Assembly: GCA_017456545.1 (NCBI GenBank)
Contig: JAFTJE010000030.1
Coordinates: 2,066 to 66,065 of the forward strand
DNA: 64,000 nucleotides
Direction: 5' to 3'
From: Clostridia bacterium
GTDB lineage: Bacteria; Bacillota; Clostridia; Oscillospirales; CAG-272
The position numbers and the translations under genes were made by a program. This document shows positions 30,011-38,352 of this stretch, piece by piece (position 1 is the first letter of the stretch; the number at the start of each line of letters is the position of its first letter). The notes beneath the pieces were generated by a model. That model was not told the origin of the DNA. It ran no database searches and saw only the letters and a program-made list of their open reading frames with translations.

Positions 30011-30586
30011 CTAAGCACGGAAGCAAAGACTGTACAGAAGGAATACAGAGATAAAAAAAAGAGACACATCCGAGGCAAAAACCAGCTGAAGATATACGCT
30101 TATCAGCCAAAGAAAAAAAGCAAAAACAAAGGAAAGACACCTGTTGATTCTTTGTGCTCTGTCCACTCTTGAAAAACGGTATATCAGACATCGCATAACC
30201 TCTCCTCCGTCAAGGACGGAAACAGGATATAAATTCATAAGCCCGAGGGATAGGTTATACAGAGCAAAATAATAGAATTTATCATTAAAATCAAACACAG
30301 GGTTGGCAAAAATTACAAAAAATACTAAATTAAATATTATACCTCCACCACACACCAGAGCCTCCCTTAGGTATGTTAAGGAGGCACAGTCATACCTTAA
30401 ATTCAAGCGAAAAAGCGATGCCTTAAAATCCTTTATCCCCGCACCGACAAGCTTGGCAAATAACAGATGCCCCACCTCATGCACAGCATAACAAAGCAGT
30501 AAAAGAAACGGATAAGGAGATGAAGAAATATTCATTACCGTAAGCAGGAGAAAAACAATGCTTATTTTCTCTCCGACTCCGTTCAT
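30011..30586 (-). CDS. Small M50/site-2-protease-like membrane metalloprotease (SpoIVFB-like core only)
   Basis: HEVGH in a TM helix, and NLYPVSVLDGG (NxxPxxxLDG) in a later TM; 191 aa; no CBS or PDZ domain. Confidence 0.6.
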   Translation of the reverse strand: MNGVGEKISIVFLLLTVMNISSSPYPFLLLLCYAVHEVGHLLFAKLVGAGIKDFKASLFRLNLRYDCASLTYLREALVCGGGIIFNLVFFVIFANPVFDFNDKFYYFALYNLSLGLMNLYPVSVLDGGEVMRCLIYRFSRVDRAQRINRCLSFVFAFFLWLISVYLQLVFASDVSLFFISVFLLYSLCFRA

Positions 30587-30722
30587 TTTTATCCCCCCAA
30601 TCCGTTTGACAATGCCTGTTTTTCCACAGACAAAAAATAGTAAGTACGGTATATTTATATTGATTTTTAATTTTGTCTATGATAGAATAGCTATATAAGT
30701 TCAAACAAAATCGAGGTATAGG

Positions 30723-31958
30723 ATGAATAATCAACCCCTTGCAAATAAGCTCCGACCCGAGTCCTTCGATGATATTGTGGGACAGGAGCATCTCGTTTCC
30801 CAAAACGGCATTATCAGAAAAATGGTAGATTCGGGAAGAATCACAAATATGATATTTTTCGGTCCTCCCGGTACGGGTAAGACCACCCTTGCAAATATCA
30901 TTGCAAAGAGATCGGATATGCAATTATATAAGCTAAATGCCACTACAGCTTCTCTTTCGGATATTAAAGAGGTTATAAATCAGTCTACAAATGTTTTCTC
31001 ATCTAACGGTACACTTCTCTATCTTGATGAGATTCAGTATTTTAACAAAAAGCAGCAGCAATCCCTCCTTGAATTCATTGAGGACGGAAGAGTTACTCTT
31101 ATTGCCTCCACTACGGAAAATCCACATTTTTACATATACAATGCCTTGCTTTCCCGTTGCTCTGTTTTTGAGTTTTTCCCCGTAGAAGCAAAAAAAATGG
31201 AGCCTGCCTTAAGACGGGCTATTGATACTCTCAATCGTGAAACAGGATGCAAAAAGGCTGTTACCGATGACGCCCTCTCCTTCTTTTCCACAAGGGCAAA
31301 GGGAGATGTACGCCATGCACTTACATTACTTGAGGCCTCGTACTATTCCGTGGACCGTATAATCGATATAGATTCGGCAAGGGCATTTATACCAAGCGTA
31401 TCGGCAGGGCTCTTTGACCAGGATGGAGATGTACACTACAATCTTCTCTCCTGCTTACAGAAGTCTATCCGAGGCTCCGACCCCGATGCTGCCGTATTCT
31501 ATCTTGCAAGGCTGTTAGAGGGTGGAGACATCCTCTCCCCTATACGCAGGATGCTTGTATGTGCATCGGAGGATATAGGTCTTGCATACCCTCAGGCGTC
31601 ACAGATTGCCTATTCTCTATGCCAGACGGCAAGGGAACTCGGTATGCCGGAGGCCCGTATTCCCTTAGCTAACTGTGCTATTATGCTTGCCACAGCTCCA
31701 AAATCAAACAGTGCATATCTTGCTATGGATTCTGCCCTTGAGGACATCCGTGCAGGAAAGGGTATCACATTTCCAAAGCATTTACAGTCACCCCTGTTTA
31801 CAGGCTATAAATACCCTCACAGCAGTGAAAATCACTGGCTTGAGCAGCAGTACCTCCCGGATGATATCAAAAACACTAAATACTATCACTTCGGGGACAA
31901 TAAGACCGAGCAATCAGCCAAAGCATATTGGGAGTCCGTAAAGGGCAAAAAGCTTTAA
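30723..31958 (+). CDS. rarA: Replication-associated recombination protein A (AAA+ ATPase)
   Basis: LRPESFDDIVGQEHL, Walker A GPPGTGKTT, MgsA C-terminal RGSDPDAA..YLARL. Confidence 0.92.
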   Translation: MNNQPLANKLRPESFDDIVGQEHLVSQNGIIRKMVDSGRITNMIFFGPPGTGKTTLANIIAKRSDMQLYKLNATTASLSDIKEVINQSTNVFSSNGTLLYLDEIQYFNKKQQQSLLEFIEDGRVTLIASTTENPHFYIYNALLSRCSVFEFFPVEAKKMEPALRRAIDTLNRETGCKKAVTDDALSFFSTRAKGDVRHALTLLEASYYSVDRIIDIDSARAFIPSVSAGLFDQDGDVHYNLLSCLQKSIRGSDPDAAVFYLARLLEGGDILSPIRRMLVCASEDIGLAYPQASQIAYSLCQTARELGMPEARIPLANCAIMLATAPKSNSAYLAMDSALEDIRAGKGITFPKHLQSPLFTGYKYPHSSENHWLEQQYLPDDIKNTKYYHFGDNKTEQSAKAYWESVKGKKL

Positions 31959-31965
31959 TTCAAAA

Positions 31966-32002
31966 TAAAAAAGAGTGTTGCCTGACGCAACACTCTTTTT
32001 TA
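31966..32002. terminator. Bidirectional terminator (rarA / membrane paralog A)
   Basis: A-run, stem AGAGTGTTGC / GCAACACTCT (loop CTGAC), T-run. Confidence 0.8.
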
Positions 32003-32025
32003 AGGAGGCTATACCGTTAGCCCTT

Positions 32026-32715
32026 TTACTTGGAATTTTCAGATTTCTTATACTCCTCGATGGCACGGTTTATTTTCTCTACTGTAGCCTTGGCTTTCAC
32101 ATCTGCATGAATGGGAACAGAAAACTTATAACCACCGTTATATCTTACAACGAGTCTTTCCTCAACCACATCAAACATCTTTTTACCAAAGGAAAGAGAC
32201 TTTTGATTTTTGTCGAGTCTTACCTCCTCGATGGAAGCATAGGGGATTTCAAATTTTTTCTCCTTTGCCTCATCGGAAATAAGAGAAATTGATTTTGTGG
32301 AGATATATAAAGCATCTGTAAGTATATAAAGAGCTGTTTTAGTGTATTTTGAGGAATAAATTATTCCCTTCTTACTCTTTTTAAGCATTACGCCGCCTTC
32401 ATACTCAAAATCCTCAAGAATCTCTATAGGTAGCTTTCTGTTAATTCTTCTCTCATTAATACCAAGATTATCAAGGGGAATTACCACCCCGTCTGTTCTT
32501 CTTTTGACAGTAGATAGAATATCCTTGTCGTTTGACCGTATGGAAACACCTATTATAAACAGTATCACTCCCAATGGCAGCATTAAACATGATAACAGCC
32601 AGAGAATTCCGTAGGCAAAAATAAACAGAGGCAACGACACTCCCATTAATCCAATGCCTATATACTCCATAAGGTCATTCATCTTAAAATAATTTATGTT
32701 TTGTTTGTTACTCAC
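32026..32715 (-). CDS. Two-TM membrane protein, paralog A (possible bacterial PH-like cytoplasmic domain)
   Basis: 229 aa, GTG start preceded by AAAGGAG. Aligns without gaps to the 35272-35961 product (shared NERR, FEY, SSKYTKTA, LTDA, VRY.GYKFS.P.H.DVK.K). Confidence 0.7.
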   Translation of the reverse strand: MSNKQNINYFKMNDLMEYIGIGLMGVSLPLFIFAYGILWLLSCLMLPLGVILFIIGVSIRSNDKDILSTVKRRTDGVVIPLDNLGINERRINRKLPIEILEDFEYEGGVMLKKSKKGIIYSSKYTKTALYILTDALYISTKSISLISDEAKEKKFEIPYASIEEVRLDKNQKSLSFGKKMFDVVEERLVVRYNGGYKFSVPIHADVKAKATVEKINRAIEEYKKSENSK

Positions 32716-33008
32716 TTTTACTCCTTTCCGTCAGTTGTGGGCGGTACCCTTTCCCATAAGCTGACCTGCATTAGGGAAATGTAGCTATCATTTTCCCTAC
32801 CTGCTACAATTATAATGCAAGACGCCAAAAAAAGCCATAACCTATTAGTTGAACAAAACTCAACCTTCAATTTAGGATTTTTATCCGTCTTCATTTATAT
32901 AGTGTCAAATGGGCAAAAAAGGTTTGGCAATTTTGAAATATTTTTACAGCTTTATTTCCTTGCCTACCTTTTTTTACCTCACCTGCCGTGTTAAGAATAT
33001 CATATATA

Positions 33009-33102
33009 TTATCCCTCTATCCAATATAGGGATAAAAAGACGGTACGGAGGGATAAAAAGATTATTTTTCCCGTTTATCCCATAATTATACATATTATCC
33101 CT
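33009..33102. promoter_or_regulatory. Cluster of five GGGATAA/TTATCCC motifs; candidate LytTR regulator binding sites
   Basis: AGGGATAAAAAGA at 33028-33040 and 33049-33061 (21 bp apart). TTATCCC in reverse orientation at about 33009, 33075 and 33095. The cluster abuts the -35 of the downstream operon. Confidence 0.55.
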
Positions 33103-33108
33103 AACCGT

Positions 33109-33137
33109 TTGCAATTTTTTATTTTATATGATACAAT
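33109..33137 (+). promoter_or_regulatory. Promoter of the LytTR-regulator/kinase operon
   Basis: TTGCAA (33109-33114), 17-nt spacer ending in the extended -10 element TGA (33129-33131), then TACAAT (33132-33137). Confidence 0.55.
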
Positions 33138-33167
33138 GTACTTATATTGGTGGCAGGAGGTAGAAAT

Positions 33168-33902
33168 ATGATAAATATTGCTGTTTGCGACGATAATTTG
33201 CAATTTGCAACACTTTTAACACAGCATTTGAAAAAGCTGTGTGCATATAAAATTCCCCAAAGAGTCGATTGCAGATTTGCCCCCACCTTCAGCAGTGCCA
33301 AGGAGGTATTGGAATATCTGAAGGACAATACGATAGATGTTCTTTTTTTGGATATTGATATGCCTGAAACAAACGGCTTCAAGCTTGCGGAAATGCTATG
33401 TGAGTCCCATCCTGATACCATAATTATTTTTGTGTCCTCCTACGAGGAATTTGTCTACAGCTCCTTTGAATACTGTCCCTTCAGATTTTTACGAAAGGCT
33501 CATCTCGCACAGGAGCTTGATATCACACTGCAAAAGGTAATTGAAAAGTGTATCCTGAATAATGAAACAATTTTGTTTGACACCACTGACGGTGATTTAG
33601 TCCTCAGAGTGAGAGATATTATGTTCTTCGAGGGGCAGAAGAATTATTATATAATCAACACAGTCTCGGGAGCACAGTATAAATGCAGAGGAACTATGGA
33701 ATCTGTTGAGGACTTAACCTCGAAATACGATTTTTTCAGAATACACTCTGCATATGTTATAAATCACGAGCATATTGAAAGTGTAAACAGCAACGGTTAC
33801 CTCATTATGAAAAATAAGAAAATATTAAATGTCAGTAAAAGAAGAATGTCTGCATTTAAGAATGCTTATATGCAATTCATAAGAAGGAGAATATCAAAAT
33901 GA
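33168..33902 (+). CDS. LytTR-family response regulator
   Basis: Receiver (VLFLDIDMPETNG) plus C-terminal LytTR domain (FFRIHSAYVINHEHI). ATG at 33168 follows AGGAGG. Confidence 0.9.
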   Translation: MINIAVCDDNLQFATLLTQHLKKLCAYKIPQRVDCRFAPTFSSAKEVLEYLKDNTIDVLFLDIDMPETNGFKLAEMLCESHPDTIIIFVSSYEEFVYSSFEYCPFRFLRKAHLAQELDITLQKVIEKCILNNETILFDTTDGDLVLRVRDIMFFEGQKNYYIINTVSGAQYKCRGTMESVEDLTSKYDFFRIHSAYVINHEHIESVNSNGYLIMKNKKILNVSKRRMSAFKNAYMQFIRRRISK

Positions 33903-35224
33903 TTAATTTTGATCTGGTCGTAGAAATCGGTATTTCCCTCTTTGATGCAATATTGCTTGTTTACTTCATTTCGAGATTTAACAACGCCTCCCTTTCTCCG
34001 AGGCAAAACAAATTTATAATCCCCACAGTACTGATTATCTTCGGTTTTTCGGTAATAAACGATTTATTTCTTGCAGGCTTCAACCTGCTCGGAACATTTA
34101 TTTTCTTGTTTCTTTACATACTTTATGCTATGTTTGTTGGCAACGGAAGGTATGTAAGGGCACTGTTCTCTGCCTGTATATTCGAGGTGATTTTTGTCCT
34201 TTTAAGCAGTCTGCTCTATTTGGTAATAACCCTTATTATAAAGGACTATGAGCAAATTTCTCAGGGGGCAAACGGTATATTCCGTTATACCTATGTTTTA
34301 ATTCATAAAATTGCATTATTCGTTGCTCTGAAAATAATTCTTATGGTTTTCAACCAGGAAAGATCCTTTGAGGCTAAGCACGGTATCATAGCATTTCTGT
34401 TCTCCTTTGCCACAGTATTTGGGCTTGGTGCAACAATGTATATTGCATCAGTCTCGGATATGGAAAAAATCCGGCTGCAAACAATTATTCTGACCGTAGT
34501 GCTTACCTTTTCAAATGTGGCCCTGTACATCCTAATATACCAGATGCAAAAATATCAGCAAAACAAATATGAACTACGGCTGCTGCAGGAAAAAATTGCA
34601 TTTGAGGAGGCAAGGCATAATGACGCAGCTGCAATATGGTCCAACATCCGAAAGGTACAGCACGATATGAAGCAGCATATCACCGTTATTTCCGGATACC
34701 TTGAGGAAAATAAGATTGAAGGCTGTAAGGAATATCTTAATGAACTGTTGCCAAAGGCGGGAAATATAGGTAACCTTATAACATCTGATAATAAGGCTCT
34801 CGATTATTTGATAAATTCTAAGCTGGCACCCTTGAAGGATACAAAAATTATTATATCCGGCTCCATCGGAGACCTGTCCGACATAAAGGAATTTGACCTT
34901 GTATGCCTTATCGGAAATGTTCTGGATAATGCAATTGAGGCTCTGGAAAAAATAAAGGACCCTAAGGATAAGCGTATCGAGCTGTTATTTGTAAGACAAA
35001 ATTCAAACAGGATAATCATATGCAAAAATTCTGTCTGCTCCTCTGTTCTTACAACCAATAAGGAGCTGAAAACCACTAAAAAATCTAAGGATGCACATGG
35101 CTACGGTACAAAAATAGTAGCAAAAATCGTATCCGACTATCACGGTATTGTGGATTATTTTGAGGACTTTAATATGTTCGGAGTCCAGATAATATTGCCT
35201 GATGCGTCAAATAATATCGAATAA
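33899..35224 (+). CDS. AgrC/HPK10-type membrane sensor histidine kinase (GHKL ATPase)
   Basis: 6-7 N-terminal TM helices, H-box VQHDMKQHI, N-box IGNVLDNAIEA, G-box HGYGTKIV; ATGA overlap with the regulator gene. Confidence 0.85.
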   Translation: MINFDLVVEIGISLFDAILLVYFISRFNNASLSPRQNKFIIPTVLIIFGFSVINDLFLAGFNLLGTFIFLFLYILYAMFVGNGRYVRALFSACIFEVIFVLLSSLLYLVITLIIKDYEQISQGANGIFRYTYVLIHKIALFVALKIILMVFNQERSFEAKHGIIAFLFSFATVFGLGATMYIASVSDMEKIRLQTIILTVVLTFSNVALYILIYQMQKYQQNKYELRLLQEKIAFEEARHNDAAAIWSNIRKVQHDMKQHITVISGYLEENKIEGCKEYLNELLPKAGNIGNLITSDNKALDYLINSKLAPLKDTKIIISGSIGDLSDIKEFDLVCLIGNVLDNAIEALEKIKDPKDKRIELLFVRQNSNRIIICKNSVCSSVLTTNKELKTTKKSKDAHGYGTKIVAKIVSDYHGIVDYFEDFNMFGVQIILPDASNNIE

Positions 35225-35228
35225 AAGT

Positions 35229-35260
35229 AAAAGCTCTCTCCGTTGTGGAGAGAGCTTTTA
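35229..35260. terminator. Bidirectional terminator (kinase / membrane paralog B)
   Basis: Stem AAGCTCTCTCC / GGAGAGAGCTT, loop GTTGT. Confidence 0.75.
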
Positions 35261-35271
35261 TGTAATTCGGG

Positions 35272-35961
35272 TTAGTTATCGGTCTTTGATTTCTCAAGCT
35301 GTTCGTTCATAATTTTAAGAAGTCTGTCGGCGATTTCCTTGGATTTGACATCCACATGAAGAGGGGTAGAAAATTTATATCCGTTACTGTATCTGATTAC
35401 AAGATGGTCGGTTGTAATATTAAATTCCTTTTTATTGAAGGTAAGCTTTTTATCCTCTCTTACAACACGGAGCTCTGTTATGGAATCATAGGGCATCTCT
35501 ATTCTTCTGTTTTTAACCTCATCCGAAACAAGAGATACGGTTCTTGTTCTGACAATAAAGGCATCAGTCAAGGGAAAAATTGCAGTCTTTGTATACTTTG
35601 AAGAAAAAATATCGTTTTTTGTCTTACGAAGCATAGTTGTATCATCATATTCAAAGCTTTCCGTAACCTCTGTCTTAGCATCCCTTAAAACTCTTCTCTC
35701 ATTTACAGCAAGAGTATCAAGAGAAAGGTCAAAGCCCTCTAATTTTTTTGCAAGCAGTGCACGCATTTCCTTTTCGTTTACTCTTATTGTTGTACCGATT
35801 ATAAAAATTACAACACCTATTGCCATAAGTATACAGCATGGGGCTATCCATCTTCTCTTTCCAACAGTTAACAGTATAGCACCTATAACAAGCATTGCCG
35901 CACCTATCAAAAGTATAAGATCATTTTTCTTGAAAAAATTTTCATGCTGTTTTTTGTTCAT
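35272..35961 (-). CDS. Two-TM membrane protein, paralog B (possible bacterial PH-like cytoplasmic domain)
   Basis: 229 aa, gapless alignment to paralog A. Only 29 nt downstream of metH, with no terminator between them. Confidence 0.7.
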   Translation of the reverse strand: MNKKQHENFFKKNDLILLIGAAMLVIGAILLTVGKRRWIAPCCILMAIGVVIFIIGTTIRVNEKEMRALLAKKLEGFDLSLDTLAVNERRVLRDAKTEVTESFEYDDTTMLRKTKNDIFSSKYTKTAIFPLTDAFIVRTRTVSLVSDEVKNRRIEMPYDSITELRVVREDKKLTFNKKEFNITTDHLVIRYSNGYKFSTPLHVDVKSKEIADRLLKIMNEQLEKSKTDN

Positions 35962-35990
35962 TTTGTGTATGCCCTTTCATAATTTAACAA

Positions 35991-38342
35991 TCAACCGTTA
36001 TAAAAATCATTAGCATAACGGACAGCTTCCATAGCATCCTTTGCATACTTATCTGCGTGTATCATTTCTGCATATTCTATGGTAAGTACTGCTCCTCCCA
36101 CCATTACCCTTATGTTGCTGTCATAATCCTTTAACTGTTTAATAGTCTTTTCCATTGAGGGAACTGTGGTAGTCATAAGAGCCGAAAGCCCTACGAGCTT
36201 AATTCCTGTTTTTTCAGCGTACTCAACAATTTCCTCGGGGGACACATCCTTGCCGAGGTCGTGTACGCTATAACCGTAATTTTGCAAAATCACCTTTACA
36301 ATATTTTTACCGATATCATGTATATCGCCCTTTACAGTAGCGATAATTATATCTCCCTTGCTTGCATTTTCATCCTTTGGGATTGCCTCCTTGATTATAT
36401 CAAAGGCTATATTTGCAGTTTCGGCACTCATAAGGAGCTGAGGCAGAAAGGACAATCCCTTTTCATAGCTCTCTCCTACCGTGTCAAGTGCGGGAATTAT
36501 ATAATTATTTACAATTTCCAGGGGGGGAGTGTCTATAATTAGCTTTTTTGTAATTTCCTTAGCATCATTTTTAAGCCCCTTTATAATTGCTCTTTCAAGG
36601 GTGATATCCGACTCTGTCACGGCTGTCTCCAACCTTTTATCGGATGCAAAAGCTATATACTCTCCACAGCTCTCATCAATTCCCATAAGAGCATTATATG
36701 CATAGTAAATCTTCTGCATCTCCTGTGAATAGGGGTTCATAATTACGGCATCGAGCCCCTCTCTCAATGCAAGAGCAAAAAATGTTGATGTTATATAATC
36801 CCTGTTAGGTAAGCCAAAGGAAACATTGGAAATACCGAGGGAGACTTTTACTCCAAGGCGTTCCTTTATCAGCCTGATGGCATCAAGGGTTACTTTCGGG
36901 GCATTTTTATCGGAGCTTACAGTTAAGCACAGAGGGTCAACTATTATATCCCTTCTGTTTATTCCGTACTCCTCTGCTCTTTCCACTATTCTCTTTGCTA
37001 TTTGATATCTGCCCTCTGCACTGTCGGGAATACCCTTTTCGTCAAGGGTCAGGGCAATTACAGCTCCTCCGTATTTTTTCACAAGTGGGAAAACAGAATT
37101 AATGCTCTCCTCCTTACCGTTTACGGAGTTAACAAGAGGCTTACCGTTATAAACTCTCATAGCACTCTCCAGTGCCACAGGGTCCGATGTATCTATCTGT
37201 AACGGCAAGGTGGATACAGCCTGTATCTCCTTAACGGCACGGGTAAGGAAATCGACCTCGTCAATTTCCGGCAGGCCCACATTTACATCCAGCATATGGG
37301 CACCGTGCTCCTCCTGACCTATTGCCTCGGAAATAATATAATCCATATTATTTTCACGAAGTGCCGTCTTGAATTTGGATTTACCCGTTGGATTTATCCT
37401 CTCGCCTATAAGAACACATTTATTATCAAAAATGCATGCCTTGGAATAGGATGAAACAACTGTAGTATTCTTCTCTGCTACGGGCTTAGGCTGTAAGCTT
37501 CCTATACCCTGTACCACTTTTTTTATATGCTCGGGAGTTGTACCGCAGCAGCCACCAAGAACTCTTGCTCCCATCTCTGCTATATTAAGCATATGACAGC
37601 AGAAGTCCTCGGGAGTTGAATCAAAGCAGGTTTTCCCTTCATGTATGCAGGGTATACCTGCATTGGGATTTACAATTACAGGGAGGGATGCACAGGCTAC
37701 AATCTCGGGTACAAAAAGCTTAAGCTTATCTGCACCGAGAGAGCAATTTACTCCAAGGGCAGAAACACCCAGTCCCTCTAACATAGCAACCATGGAGGGT
37801 ATATCACAGCCTGTCATTGTCTTTCCGTTTTCATCAAGGACAAATGTGGCAAATATCGGCAGGGATGAATTCTCCTTTGCTGCAATAACAGCAGCCTTAA
37901 GCTCATAGGGGTCATTCATTGTCTCTATAATTATAAGGTCGCAGCCTGCCCTGTCTCCTGCCTTAACAGTCTCGGAAAAGGCGTTTACAGCATCCTCAAA
38001 ATCCAGGTCACCAAGAGGCTTTAACAGCTTTCCCGTTGGTCCTATATCAAGGGCAACATACTGTTCTTCCTTAAATATAGCCCTCTTGGCGTTTTCAACA
38101 GCCTTGAAAACAGCCTCCTCCGTGTTACTTATCTTCAAAGGATTAGCACCGAAGGTGTTGGTGGTAACCACATTGGCACCTGCCTCAAAATATGCTCTGT
38201 GTATTGATGTTATAACATCAGGGTGGGTAATATTCCACTCCTCCGGGCTCTGTCCGGGAAGCAAACCCCTTTCCTGAAGAAGAGTTCCCATTCCTCCATC
38301 GAAGAAAAGGAAGCCCGATTTCAGCTTTTCTATAATATTCAT
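35991..38342 (-). CDS. metH: Cobalamin-dependent methionine synthase lacking the reactivation domain (Hcy-binding, pterin-binding, B12-binding modules)
   Basis: Hcy S-methyltransferase N-terminus (FFDGGMGT.., GGCCGTTPEH), pterin-binding middle, B12 motif DIHDIGKN. Start at MNIIEKL (38342) after GGAGAA. Confidence 0.9.
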   Translation of the reverse strand: MNIIEKLKSGFLFFDGGMGTLLQERGLLPGQSPEEWNITHPDVITSIHRAYFEAGANVVTTNTFGANPLKISNTEEAVFKAVENAKRAIFKEEQYVALDIGPTGKLLKPLGDLDFEDAVNAFSETVKAGDRAGCDLIIIETMNDPYELKAAVIAAKENSSLPIFATFVLDENGKTMTGCDIPSMVAMLEGLGVSALGVNCSLGADKLKLFVPEIVACASLPVIVNPNAGIPCIHEGKTCFDSTPEDFCCHMLNIAEMGARVLGGCCGTTPEHIKKVVQGIGSLQPKPVAEKNTTVVSSYSKACIFDNKCVLIGERINPTGKSKFKTALRENNMDYIISEAIGQEEHGAHMLDVNVGLPEIDEVDFLTRAVKEIQAVSTLPLQIDTSDPVALESAMRVYNGKPLVNSVNGKEESINSVFPLVKKYGGAVIALTLDEKGIPDSAEGRYQIAKRIVERAEEYGINRRDIIVDPLCLTVSSDKNAPKVTLDAIRLIKERLGVKVSLGISNVSFGLPNRDYITSTFFALALREGLDAVIMNPYSQEMQKIYYAYNALMGIDESCGEYIAFASDKRLETAVTESDITLERAIIKGLKNDAKEITKKLIIDTPPLEIVNNYIIPALDTVGESYEKGLSFLPQLLMSAETANIAFDIIKEAIPKDENASKGDIIIATVKGDIHDIGKNIVKVILQNYGYSVHDLGKDVSPEEIVEYAEKTGIKLVGLSALMTTTVPSMEKTIKQLKDYDSNIRVMVGGAVLTIEYAEMIHADKYAKDAMEAVRYANDFYNG

Positions 38343-38352
38343 ATTTTCTCCG

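Noticed and set aside
32738-32756. GGGCGGTACCC, which resembles a T-box core
   Set aside because: - It reads on the wrong strand for the downstream gene and does not match the consensus.
- No specifier-loop architecture or terminator/antiterminator with a U-run is present.
32909-33085. 58-codon plus-strand ORF (MGKKGLAILKYFYSF...) upstream of the LytTR regulator, considered as an AgrD-like autoinducing peptide precursor
   Set aside because: - It has no SD.
- It runs straight through the repeat boxes and ends upstream of the promoter.
- No AgrB-like processing gene is present.
- Its sequence has no amphipathic leader plus Cys/Ser thiolactone motif arrangement.
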